From Setoptus koraiensis (lineage: Eukaryota; Animalia; Arthropoda), in the NCBI GenBank assembly GCA_048013815.1, contig CM106586.1:5084001-5148000 (forward strand): 64,000 nt of DNA, read 5' to 3'. Position 1 is the first letter of the stretch. Every line of letters begins with the position of its first letter. The position numbers and the translations under genes were made by a program. The notes beneath the pieces are model-generated. The model ran no database searches, was not told where the DNA came from, and saw nothing but the letters and a program-made list of their open reading frames with translations. Below, piece after piece: positions 27,601-41,300 of the stretch.

Positions 27601-29274
27601 TGAGGCCGCTCGCTGGCGATTTAATGCTCGCAACCGGTTTAATGTATCCACTCCGCTGCCACCAGTGTCCATCTGCCGGGGGAGTGAGCGACTGCGGGGC
27701 CGCCGCAAACGACGTGTCGCTGCCGGCGTCGGCACTCGCCGCACGGGTTCCGCCGTCGGGGCCGGCACAAAGCGGGCGCACAGCCCGCACGAAACCCCCG
27801 AAAAACGCACAAGACCCGCACAAAAGCCGCAAAAACGCACGAGAGCCGCAAAAACGCACGAAAGCGGCGCAAGAGATCCGATGCGTAATGTGTGCGTGTG
27901 GTCAGCTCGGCGAAGATTAATTAACGTGCGCCGGCTAATAGGTGGCAGATGTAAATATATCGGCATTATGCTGGCTGATTTGATTTTATTTCGGTTCATT
28001 TGTGTGTGTGTGTGTTTTTTTTTGCAACGGCACACAAATGCGCCGAACTGGACGCAACTTGTTGCCGACCTTTCCATTACTGTGCCACTCACAACAATAA
28101 TAGCCGCTCGCCTGTGCCGCACTCACCTGGCCGGGCCAACAGGTGAGTGACGGACAGGTGCCGACGAGTGGTCAGCTTAACAAGTTGAGCAATCGCATGC
28201 CAATCGCAGGTAGCGCCGGCGATTATTGACACACGGCCGCCATGATGATGATGATGATGTAATAGCTGTACGCACATGCTCACAATGGCTACTGTGTGTC
28301 GATAATGGCAACAACAGCAACCACCGATGCTGTTGTTGTTGGCGTAATCTGGAAAAATGCACTGGCCACTTGCTAGTGGCAAGTGCACACTGCTCGCCGC
28401 TGTGGTCGCTGCTTTGTCGGGTTGCGTCGGGCCGGTCGCGGCGGCAGTGGCATCGGTCGGCGGGCACGGAATAAAACAAGACGAAATCAGACGAAACAAG
28501 ATAAAGTAAAATGAGATAAAATAAAGTGAAATAAGATGAGATAAAATAAGGCAAAATCAACATAAAACGACGCGACCAATCGATTGTTTGCGCGCATTGT
28601 GTGCCGGTGATCGGAATCACCTTCGCTCATCACACTTTACTGCCTCGCTAATGGATGCACGGTAGGCGCTCGCACAACTGGACGCGGTCGTCGGGCATTT
28701 TGCTTTTGGCTTCTCGCATCTTCGCTTGCATCTTTGCTTGTTTTTCGCCGAATTTCGCTCGTATTTCGCCGTATTTCGCCGTATTTCGCCTGAATTATCG
28801 CTCGTATTTTATCGGCTGGCTGCGGCTCAGGCGCGCTCCAGTTGGCCGTTCCTTACCTGGCCGCTCTGTGGTCGGCTGAGCCCTGCTCGGCCCTTCTCTA
28901 GTTGGCTGGCGGTGCGGCCCGGCCCGAGCAGCCCGAGCCACCCGAGCAGCCCGAGCCACGCGAGCCACCCGAAGCCCGAATGCGCCAACAACAAGCGTCA
29001 ACAAGGTGAGCAGATTAGAGCCGCGCAACAACGAACGGCCGCCTGCCCGAGAACGGCGCACAACCCGAGACCGACCATTCAACTTGATGATCATTCAAGG
29101 TGAGCTATTATTGCCAGCCACCGCTGCTCACCTGTGCTCGATGCCATTTTAGGCCATTATCTGCTGTTCTCTACGCTCACCTGTGCTCACCTGTACTCAC
29201 CTGTTCCGCGGTATTAGGCCGCTCGCCTGGACAGCTGGCGCAAGTGCAATGGTAGCACGGGTATCGGCACTCAC

Positions 29275-29323
<49 letters not shown>

Positions 29324-32300
29324 GCAACGTATCAGGACACAACAACGTGTATTAATGAACGCGCCGCGCAAGCACAACAGCCGATCTAACAACCGATACA
29401 TCGTCGATTGTCCATTGTTGCGTCATGCTTGTCATCTGTTGCTCCTGTTGCCGCTTCGATTCAATTGTTCGCCGGGGCGCTTCTTTTCGCTTCTTTCTCT
29501 TTTTTCTCTCTTCTCTCTATTTTCTCTCGCTCCGTTCGCTTCGTTTGCGGCGGCTTCTTTGCAGCGGCTTCTTTTCCGTTGCTGCAAGATTCTGTGGCTC
29601 AAGCGAGCTGCCACACAACCGATCGCGATCACTTTGTTTGTCTTGTGGCCGCTGTCTGTCGTCTGGTCGCCACTTGCCGGCCCGAGTGGCGACAAGCGAC
29701 CTGAAACACTTTTTCTGCAATGCACTCGTTCTTGTGTCGGTGTCGTCATTCGGGATCCGCGTTCGACGGGCCGAAATGAGCCCACAGCGATCGCGATCAG
29801 TGGCCCAAATCAAAGCTTGATTGTCCGAGGCACAAACAATCGGCTGACCGCTCGCATGGCCGGCCTGCGATCATTTTTGCGGCTCGGAGCCGCGCCGACC
29901 AGCAAACGGCGACACCAGCAAACGGCCACAACCGCAAACGGCCACAACCGCAAACGGCCACAACCGCGAACGGCCACAACCACAGACCGAGTTGCACCGG
30001 TAGCTTTGCCGTCCGACCGCTCGGTCGGCTTCCGGTCGCCGCACCAATGAGCCGTCATTACGGTCATTAAAATAGGGCCGTTGGCTGGCGCGCGCCAACG
30101 GGTCGCTCTTGGCGGCCTGTTGGCGGCAGCTAGACAGTTTTGTCTCGCTGCCGGGCTGGTCGGGCTCGCCGAGCCGCAACGCACCGCGACGGGCCGCAAC
30201 GCACAGCGACGGGCCGGAGCGGGCAGCAGCGCCAGAGACGGGCCGGGGCCATCAATCAGTCATATCTGATGGCTGATCTGTTGGATCTTTGGCTGGCGGT
30301 GGCGCGCCGAGAAGAGTTGAGCAAGTGCAAATAATCAAGAGCGCATGAGGGATGCGGCGTGCAAATTGGCATGACTGGCCGACAAAAGGCCGCCGAAATT
30401 GTTTGCTCAATCCGTTACGTAACTGCATCAATCTGACACTGTCGGCGGGCGCGTCTCGGGCCGTCAAAAGCGGCCCATTGAGGTAGCCGGAGCATGCATC
30501 ACTTGTCACGCGCGCCAGACATATTTGCATCTTGTCACGGTGTCGGCCGATCGGCGCTAGTTCGAGTCCGCCGAGCGAAAGAAGCCAAACTCGGCGAATT
30601 GCGTCATCTGTTCGCTGCGAATCTGCAGCGAATTCGCTGCGAATCGGCCGAATTGGCGGCTCTTGCCCGCTCGATTTGCAAACCCGCGACTCGCGATGAC
30701 GCAACGTGATGCGATGTGACACAACGTGCAAGACGGTGGCGCTGCTAGCAACTTGTTTGCCAGCAGCCAAAGTTGGCCTGTTGGCCCGAGGCGTGACGCG
30801 CGATCGCGTGAATAATCGGACAAGTTATCAGCCATAATCTGCTGGCTCACTGGCTTCATAATGGCTGGCTCGTTGCGTAATGAAAAATGTGTCGAGACTG
30901 CGGCGTCGTGCCGACGCCGACAACAACGACAACAGCGACAACAGCGACAACAGCGACAACGGCGACAGCGACAACGGCGAGGCCCGGCAATTTCGCAATT
31001 TTCGGCCCGAATTCAAACTGAAAATTCAAACTGCGAATGCCAGCCAAACAAATCTCATCGCAATTTAATATAAAACATATCAAACGGCAGTTACGTCACT
31101 CGGCGGCGCCAACTGGGCATTTGGGGGGGGCAACTGTGATTTGATTGTTGCCGTTATTGCCGTTGTCGGCGGTGTAATGAACTGATCACTTGACAACGGC
31201 GCACATTGAGCCGTCACGACCGTGTTGCGATGACGCGCCGGCCATGGGGGCGCCGCCGCTCGGCGTGCCGGCCCACTTCCGCCTGCCGCCGGCCAGCGCA
31301 CGCAAGCCGGCAGACGCGGCCGAGCGAGCGAGCAAACAAACGAAATAACAAACAAACAATTGCTTTTCGAGACGCCACTTTCGCTCTAATCTGAGCCCCG
31401 AATCTCCGGCGTGCATGCGGGCGCCCACCGACCAGCGAGCGGCCCGCAAACCTTGCAATCCGCACAAACTGCAACCCGCGCAAACTGCAACCCGCGCAAA
31501 CTTTGCAATCCGCACAAACTCCCCAATGCGCACAAGCTCCGCAAGCGGGCGAGTTTTCAATTTGATTCGTGCCAGCGAGCGAGTCATTTTTAGTTTTATC
31601 AGTTAATAACCGCCCTTATCGTACCTATTCGATCTAGATGTCGGCCGAGTGTGCGCCAGCGAGCGCATTTGTAAATGTCGCTCGCCAGCCGAATCGTCAG
31701 TAGATTTGCCGGCCAGATATTCACGCTGATGATATCCGACCGTGGGCGACATTGGCAATAGTTGCAAATCATGCCGCCAAATGATGTTACCCGGGGCCGC
31801 GTGCATGCCGACCCGACCATTTTTCAACTCAATTTACAGCAAAAGGGGGGCGCGCGCATTATAAGCAATTTTCGGTTTGGACGCGTTTTCGGGGCGAGCA
31901 CGCGCCCGCCATCGGGCAACATACGGCGGCGCCCGCCATCGCGCAACATACGGCGGCGCGTGCCCGCGCGTCGGGCACGATCCGCGGGCCATCGGCGTGC
32001 AATGGGCACCGCCAACTGGCGAGCGGCGCGGCGCGACCCGACCGTTCACCTGTGAGCCAACTGGCGCAAATCGCATATTGTGCTGGCAGCGCATAGCTTG
32101 AGCCAGCCAATGTCGAGGCGCCCCAAATCAAACGCTGCACGCTGGCATGCCGGCCAGCTCATTAGTGCGCCAGATTCAGCCGGCCGTCGCCAGGTTCAGC
32201 CGGCCGTCGCCAGGTTCAGCCGGCCGTCGCCAGGTGAATCGACGAGCTTGCCAGCGGCCGCGGACGATGCGAGTCCGCATTACTGTCGGCGCGCCGCGGC

Positions 32301-35300
32301 GACCCAATTCGCCGCCTCACTGGGCCTCACTTTGGCCGGACCGGGCACGGACTGGCCGAGCCGAGCGCGGCCAGCGGCCGAGTTCGAGCGACGGTGCGCG
32401 TAACGGTTCGAGAGCGACACGTACGTAGCGATTACGAAATGACAAGCTAATTCTGGCTTGCGCCACAAACAGCAAGCGTTTCGCCCGAGCGCCGAAATGA
32501 CAAAAATGCCCGAAGTACGCGGATATGCGCGGCGAATCGCCACTGCAAATTAGCAATTTGAAATTATCAGCGGCGGCTCGGTTTAAAGTGAGCCGAGGCC
32601 AACGCTCGCGGGCCGGCCCAAGATCGGGCGCCATGGCAACGGGCGGCGCGTTTCAAATTTTAATTCAGCTCGCTGTTGATTGTGCAATGGTCGGCAACAG
32701 CAACGGCAACAACAACGGCGACAACAGCGACAGCAACCATGCCGATGTGACGCGTCGTCGGGGCCCGCAGACTGTGCCGCGCAGAGGCGCTCGAAAGGAC
32801 CAGCCAGCGGCATCAGAATTGGCTTGAGGCCCGCGCAGACTGCGCCAGATATAGCACAGACCGTATGACTCGGCAGAACAGATAGATGTGCATGTAGATT
32901 GGGTGCGCCCCTTTTGCCACGTGCTGTTGCGCACGGCGCGGGCACGGCGCGGGCACGGCGCTGGCACGGGCCCGGTTTAGCGGGCCCCGTTCGGCGGGCC
33001 CCGTTCGGCGGGCCCCGTTCGGCGGGCCCCGTTTGGCGGGCCGTTGCACGTTGTTGCAGCCTGTCACGGACTTGTCACTGGCTGAGCAGCTCGGCCTGCT
33101 GCCGGCCAGCACGTGGCAATATGTTTATATATATATTTTTAAGTCGCGCACCAGATTGTGTCTGGGTGGTGCGTTGCGAGCGCGTGCACGAGCGTATTAG
33201 TAATTTATTGCTGAACTCTGTATAAATAGACTGCATAAATGGACTGTATAAATAGACTTGGCGCGAGATAGCGTGAATAGACGGCAGCAAACAATGGGCT
33301 CGCAACAACCGACAGCAACCAACGACAACCGACAGCAACCAACGACAACCGACAACGACAACCGACAACAACCGACCGTTTTAAAGGTCACCTGAGTCGC
33401 CTATAAGCGCGTGTTTGCCGTTGTTGAGCCGGGCACGAGCTGGGCGCCTAATTGCAAAACAATAGACGTGCCCATTTGTCACAGATTGGCGATTATGGTG
33501 CGCGCGTTGTGCGGCTCGTGCCAGCCAACTTGCACACTGCAAGTTGTAGTTGTTGGCCCGGCGAGCTTATCCCATTTTAATGAATTCATTAAAATGAATT
33601 TGTTTCAGATGAATAACACGAGTGATGGGCGCTTGATGGGCCCCGGCCCCGGCCCCGGCCTCGGCGACTGCCGACTGCCGACTGCAACCGCTGTGGTGCA
33701 ACCGTTGCAGTGCGACGCCAACAACGGCAACAACCGCTACAACAACTGCGACAACAGTGATCGTCAATTGACGACACCGATTTGTTGGCCCCGTTGTTTG
33801 CCTAATCCAAACACGGCCTCGCTGGCTGCTGGTGCCGCCAGACTGGCTGCCGTTGGGGGCCCCAAACTGACAATTGCGAGCTGGCCCCACAAACTGAATC
33901 GGCCGAATGGGGCCGAATTGTCAGCTCGGGCCCGGCCGACACAACATGCGACACAACATGCGACACAACATGCGACATAATAAAAATGACGATAATAGCG
34001 CCAGTTAGTTGTTCATTGTGACACAATGATTGTGTGTGCACAGTGCTTGCATGTCCGGATAAATCAAACAGAACAGCGGCCAAGAATTAGTGGGGCCAGC
34101 CCGTTCGCTGCAACCACTCAAGCGGCGATAATTGAAATACTGGCTGCCGGCCACCATTTCAATGGGCCCCTCCGACAATTCAACGGCTACATGCCACTGT
34201 AATACAGTGACTGTTTGTGCCAACGTGAGTCACTCGCCAATGTGCGTTATGGGCCGCGTCCGCACGAGCCAGCCAGGGGCCAATTGCGAGCGGCCAGCAG
34301 GGCGCCACTTAATCACGGGCACGAGTTGGTTGGCTGGTGGAGGGCGCGCTTTGCCGGCGCCCTTAGACCGTCGCTTGCGGCGGCTCGGCCGGCCGCCGCA
34401 TCCCGCGACTTGTTTGTTGGCCCAAGACATTTCTATGTTTTCCTGCGCGTCCCTCGCTGGCGGCTGGCGGCTTCTCGCGGCGACTCGTGGCGGCTCGCGG
34501 CGACTCGTGGCGACTCGTGGCGACTCGTGGCGGCTCGCGGCAGCAAACTGCACACTTGCAGACTGCAAACATATTGCGCAACGCACTCTGAGGCTCGCTG
34601 TGAGCCTCGTCGCGGGCCCTACAATTTCAGACTCCGAATCACTCCGAGCGCCTGTTACAAAACGAGGCAACAATGACGGCCAACGACGGCCCGTTTGTTT
34701 GCGGACGGCCGAGCAACTGCAGCCAGTCCGCCAGAGTCCGCCAGAGAGCCTGCCTCTCCGGCAAACTCTACCGGATAGTCCGCAAACTAAATGCGAATAA
34801 ATTGTCGCCGTCTCCATGTCCGACAGGCTCCGTCTGGGCCCCGTTGCCCGGATTGTCGACTGGATTGGGGCCCCAGCGGCCCCAAATCCAGTGCGTCTGG
34901 CGGGATTAGCGGGCCGCTGTGGCTCAAGCTCATATCAGCTGATATGAGCTGGCATGAGCTGGCATGGGCTGATATGAGCGCCGCAGCGCGGACAACGCGC
35001 CCACACGGGATAAACAAAGACGCGAGACTGCGGGCCAAAAATGGACGCACAAGTGGCCGCGCAAAGCCCCGGCCGCCAAATGGGGCCCCTTGCTTATTTG
35101 TATGTATGCATACGCTAACATGTATGCCTAATATGGCGGCGTATGTGTGGCGTTTGTGTGGCGTTTGTGTGGCGTTTGTGTGGCGTGTGCGGGGCCCCAA
35201 ATCAAGAGCTCGTGTGTCGGTGTACTTGTTCCGCCACTTGCCGTAATACCCGACGGTGGCCACTTACGCTGTGGCGCTGTTTGTGTTGCGCAACAAACAA

Positions 35301-38300
35301 AGTAGCACACAACAAACTTGTGCTTACAAGCGCCAGTATTTATAACCGATACTCGTTGGGCCTGTCATGTCACGAGGGCTTGTCGCGTCGCTGTTGTTGT
35401 TGTTGCTGTCGCCCTTGTTGTCGCCGTTGTCGTTGCTGTTGTTGTCGCCGTTGCTGTTGTTGTCGTTGTTGTCGTCGGCGCTGTCGTGCCCACGCAAACA
35501 ACTGACGCGACCGACGCGAACTGACGCGAACACTCGATCGCGAATCCATCAATCGGCACGCACTGGCGCAGCGGGCCGGCACGGCCCGCGACCGCTCGCC
35601 CCACTCACAGTGCGACGGGCACGCAATGTGGCGATGACCGGCCCGCGCAAAATGCACCCAATGCGTCGCACAAATGCACCTAATGCGCCGCGTAAAATTC
35701 GCCCAATGCGCCGCATAAAATTCGCCCAAAATGATAATGCGCGCAACCGGCAAAATGATCATGTTAGTTAGCTGGGCAAACACACTCTGTTTATACGCGC
35801 AATTGCTCGTTGTTTCTTCTCTGGTTCTCGCTAATTTCTTTTTAGTGTCGCTGGCCCAAGTTCCGCCGGGCCACAAACTGCCCGCCGTCGCCGCGTTGCC
35901 GGCCCGCTGCGCCCGTTGCTGTGCACCGCGTATAATGCACTCATCGGGCGCCCGATCGGTCGAATCTTGGAACCGCCCGGACCGGTGGCAACGGCCGCAG
36001 CGGTCGGGCCGGTCGCAATGATCGGACGCTTCGGATCGGCGGGAGCGGCGCTGCGCACGGCGCGTGTGTGAACTCTGGTGAAAATTTTTATCTTTATCCG
36101 CTTTATCCGCATTCGGGCGCGTGACAAACAACGCGCGTCTTGTGCGCGTTTTTTGCGCTCGCTGGCCGCCCTCGGTGTGAATGAAATGGGCTCCGTGGGG
36201 CCCCATGTAGCGGCTTGCGTGGTTGCCGCACAGATGAGGTAGCACATACATAATGCATAATGCGCTCGCACTTGCATGAGCGCGCCCCGATGAACCGGGC
36301 CCCCAGACACGGAATACGCGCAATATGCGCCAAATATACACGCGAGCATACATTACACGCTGGCGTGGCGTGGATTAGACGAGGCGCCAGTCAGCGGTCA
36401 CTGGACAGCACAACATTATACAGGCATTAGGCCGACATACAAGCGGCCTGCATTAGCATTGCCAATGCTGCATTGGGGCCCCAGCACGGTGCACAGGACG
36501 CAGTGTGCATTAGGGGCCCCATATTAGCCAGCGCGGCCAGTGTGGCCAGCGCGGCGGCGGCGGCCATAATAACGGCGGCCATATTAGGCAGCGTGCGAGT
36601 CGCACGCTGCCGCTGCCAAGTGTCAGACGCGGGCCCCGTGTTACGTAACGCCGCTGACGTAATGAGGGGCCAAACAAGCGCATCTTGCGCCAACGAACAA
36701 GATCAATTTCACACGCTAATAACCTGCGCTGGCTGGCGTTGGTCGGCGCAGCGCGAGCCAATCAACGCTTCGAACGGCTCTGTTCGAACCTTGGGCGTTC
36801 GCGGCCCGAACCTTGGACGTCCGGCGTTGGCTGTTCGAACGGGCGACGCTCGCGGTTCGAACCTGCGACGCTCGCAGCGCCGACCTGGGAGCCGCGAACG
36901 TCGCCACTCGTCGCTCGCTTCTTTTGTGGCGCGTTGGAATCGTCGGACGCAAAGCGATCGCCTTTTCACGCGATCACCGCAAACACAAACAACAACATCA
37001 ATAACATCGGCAACACCATCAACAACAGCAACAACATCAGCGACGGCGGCGGCGGCTCGCCTCGAATCACGCGAGCTGCCGTCGGTCGTGCTGTTGCCGA
37101 ATTTCCATTGTTTGGCGCTGTCTCCGGCAGAGAATTCGGCAGAGAATAGGCAGAGAATTTCGCACAGAGTTCGGCAGCGAATATGCGCGTGTCGCCGCCA
37201 GTGGCCCCAATGTCCGCCAGAAAACTCATTTGGGCCGCTCTCGGGTTGCTCGGGTGGCTCGTGTGGCTCGGCGTGCGCGGCGTGCTCGGCGCGCTCAATT
37301 TGCTCGGGTTGGCAGTTTGCGCCCGCTCACTTGACGAGTGTGTGACGTGCCGCCGACCGCCGAGTTAATCGATTAATCTACTCGGCAAAAGATTGTGTTG
37401 GCCACAGTGGCCGTCGCTGTGCACGACTCTCGGGCCAGCGCCCGGCCGGCCCGCTCGGGGCGCAAGTCCGACACAATCGGGCACAACCGGGCGCAACCGG
37501 GCACAATTGGGCACAATCGGGCTCAGTTGGGCACAGTTGGGCACATTCGAGAGCGGTGCCGAGATTGAGGATCAACTCGTGGCCGTCGTGACCGGCGTGC
37601 ACACTCAACATCGAGTGTCTGGCGAGTGTTGATAGCGCCATTCCGAGGCGTCACGTCACGTCAAACAAGCGCCACTCGAGCGCCACTCGAGCGCCGCCCC
37701 CTCGGCCGGCCGGATTGTGCTGACCGCTGCACAGTTAGTGGTCAGCGCGCAGTGGTCAGCAGTAATGCGGCGTGCGCGCACCGCCGAACGGCAATCGGCC
37801 GAGGAGGCGTCACGTGCTGCCGGTTCGACTATTCAAGGGTTCGACTGCGCGACTGCGCGACCGTTCGACCATTCGACTATTCGCCGACTCGAAGGTTCGA
37901 AAATCGAAGGTTCGCAAATCGATCCGGTTGAGCCGAGGTTCGGCCGGCGCTTCGAAGTTCGAAGGGCTCGCTATGGGACTTGCAGTGTGAGCATAGCTCA
38001 GGTTCGGGCAGCGGCACAGCCCATATGGCCCGTGGCGGCGCTGCGGTGAACGAAGAGTTGGCGCAAGTGGGCCAATTGTTGTTGTCGGTGCTCCAATTAT
38101 GCACGCCATAAATATTAGTGCAATTATCGGCCAGTTGCAGCCGCTCGTATCGGTTATTGCATTAGCGGGCAACAGCGGCTCCACCTACAGCAAGTATGCG
38201 CATATCCGACATGCCAGGCGCTTCGAATTGGCGTCCGATTTGGCGTTCGAAGCCGCGCCGAAGCCGCGCCGAAGCCGCGCCGAAGCCGCGTTCGAGCCGC

Positions 38301-41300
38301 GTTCGAGCTGGCGTTCGACCGACCAGTGCGCGTGCCTGGCTCGAAAACGGCACCGTTCTCCAATTGGACAGGCGAACGAGACAAGTGGTCGCGCGGAGGA
38401 ATTCCGCCGGCCATTGTGTGCATATCACGCTCGCGATTGAGCCATTGCGCTGCCCACTGTCGCTCGTATGTAGCGGCCACTGCTCGCTGCATGCGAGACA
38501 CTCGATATCCGGATATCGAGTGGCTTGTGTGGTGCTGGCACGTCCGTATTGGTCCGACAATTGGTGCGCTCAGTCGTGAACAGTTGCTCGCGTTGTCGTG
38601 GCCAGCTATTCACAAATCGCAAGCAAATGAGCACATTGTGCCAATTGCGAGCTCGCCCCGAGAAACGGGCGAAACGCCAGTGAAACGCGAGCGAAACGCC
38701 AGCGAAACGCGAGCGAAATGCCAGCGAAACGCCGGCGAAACGCGGACAACGGGACGCGCCGGCGGCCAAGCAAAGCCGCCAAGATTATTGACTAATCGAA
38801 TTGTTGTTGTTACACCCGAATTGAACTTTCGGACATGGACACCGCTCCATTTGCGTCTGGCTAGACGGGCCTCGGTCCGAATATCCGCGCGATATCCGCA
38901 CGATGTCCGCGCAATGACCGCGCAATATCCTACTTGCGCGCTGCTTATCCCAGTGTCCGAACATCCGAGTAACAGCCCAAATACCCGAACATCCAAGTAT
39001 CCGAACGCCCGCAGCCGGCCCGAACAGCCGCTCCGAACGACCGCCGTCTGGGCACCGCCAAATGGCCCGCTCGAACGCCTCGCCCCCCCCCCATATTCAA
39101 ATGCTGTATTCAAATGCTATATTCAAATGTTAATCTCATTATCTCTCGCTCTCTCTCTTTCTCCTCTGGCGCGCATATTGAATTAATATCACGCCGAATA
39201 TCCACCGACACCCCGTCTCTGGCATTAACATGTGTACCCAATTTCAATCAACGCAACGCAATCCGGCGCGTCCGACCAACAATTCGGACCAATTTGGCAC
39301 AACAATGCGCACAACTGCGGACACTGGCGCAAACACAAATGACACTTATGTAAATGAACTGACCAACAGATGCCAAAGTTAATCCACTGAGGGGAACGCG
39401 ACTGTGCGGCCTCAACGCCAATCTCACACAAGCGCTGGGCATGCAATCGGGAGCCATCGACGATTTGTCACTGTCCGCCTCATCCAGTCACAATCCGGAC
39501 CATACGGGGCCCCAGCTGGCCAGGTAAGTTACTGTCACGATATTATGCAAGCACGGGTATCATGCCCGCCATCGGGTTACACTGCAAGCTCATGGTGAAT
39601 TCCGCGCCGACCGGCGCTGACCGCTCCGACCGGCGCTGACCGCTCCGACCGGCGCTGACCGCTCCGACCGGCACTGACCGCTGCGGTCCGCCGCCGACGG
39701 TCAGCGCTGTGATTCGCTGCAATGCGGTCTGGTGCTGTCCGGTGCGGTCAGCCGGTGCGCGCGTCCACTTTGCGGCACCGGCTGGCGCCGCAAAGCGGCT
39801 AAAGCGGCCAGACTGACCGATGCGGTCAAATTGACCGATGCGGATTTGGATCAATGTGATCATTACTCATTGTCGGGCCGTCACAGTTGCGTCTAAATTT
39901 GATATAATCGTCTCGTGGTGCGATAATTTACACACCGGCGCATTCGGACGCATTTGGGCATTTAGACGGATTGTTTGCAACGCGCGCACTTCAACGTTGC
40001 ATCGTGGGGCATCGCGGGCCCGCAACAACGAGTTTGCCACCATCGATCAGTGCCCAAAAGCGCCCTATTATCTGGGCACTTGTTTGGGCATTCATCGCGC
40101 ATTCGTCGGGGCATTCGTCGGGCATTTGGGCGCCCAGAGTGAGCTTAGCGTGCGCGTTTGGAGAGGAGAGAAGCGTTCAGAATTAAGTTGGCCGCAAATT
40201 CGCAAACGATCAACGATGGCGCGTCTCGCAAATGATGCAACGATCGTGCGACGTGAATAATTGTTTGTGCGCTCAACGTCGTATTACATAATCCGCATTG
40301 TAGTTTTGCATTGTGTTTGCGGTCGCCGAAATTGATTATTAATTCACGTTGGCCTTCGCGCCGTCTAGTGGTTTTGTGTTGCGCTGCTGTAATACACTAT
40401 TACAGTGTAATAGTGTGTGCTCTGGCGGCCAGCGAGATCATTAATTTCCATCAGGCGTCGTTTATTTAATTTTTCGCCCGGCTCGCCTGGGCGACCGGTC
40501 GCCGGCAACGGAGCCGCCTGTTCGCCGGCAACGAAGCCGCCCGTTGGAAGCCGCCCAACGCGAGCCGGACAGCGGAGCGGACACCCGGAGGCGATCGCGG
40601 GCTCGGCAAACAATAGGGCGCACCTCATGTAACAATACCTCCGCTCTTATGTGATAATACCTTTGCTCTTATGTAATAATACCTTCTCTCGCGTGCCCGT
40701 GCACTCGCCTGCATGCGCGCGACGCATGTATAAATGTATGCATTATCATTTTGTTATTTGGCATCGTGCGCGCTTGACATGACGCAACCGGATTGATAAT
40801 GATCGGACGGGTAAAGTGGCCAACAAATTGGCTTGCCACGGGCGCGCCATCTCAGGCCGCGTCGCACGGGCCGCCGATAAGCTGATCGGGCCGCTGATCG
40901 GGCGATAATGGGCGCCGGTTGCACTTGTCGCCGCCGGTCGCCGCTTGTCAGTGCCAGTTATGCGGGCATTAGCGACGCTCGGGCATAATCCGGCCCGCGC
41001 CAAATAATCTGGCGATGCCGGATCTCGGCGAGGCCGCGCCAGCGGCGCGGCGGCGGGCAGCCAGTCGCAGTTGGCGAGACGCTGATGCAGTTGAGTGTCA
41101 CTTAGCCGCTAATGCCATTTACTTTGGCATACTCGGCGCACTTTCACGCACTCTCCAGCCGTCGCCACTTGGCAGTCTCGCCGGTCGCCGGTGGCGGGCT
41201 TCTCGGCCCGAGCGGCGCATCCGCGGACGGGCTTCGGGTTGCCGATTCTGCGCTCGGGTACTTGGCTCGCATTCTCCGCCCGGATTCTTGGCTCGCATTC

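Noticed and set aside
11945-28858. Minus-strand GTAAG donor-like sites (11945, 12498, 16013, 28852) as an antisense gene
   Set aside because: Number is compatible with chance and no coherent reading frame or acceptor chain links them.
32175-32234. 20-26-bp direct repeats (also 42072 and 45078) as a CRISPR array
   Set aside because: Head-to-tail with no spacers, eukaryotic context, no cas genes.
39433-39523. Shorter exon 2 using the AG at 39432
   Set aside because: In phase, but it would drop the N-terminal Cys of the discoidin domain; acceptor 39369 is preferred.
40295-40313. GCATTGTAGTTTTGCATTG resembling miR-33
   Set aside because: Seed is altered, two extra T, and no compact hairpin.
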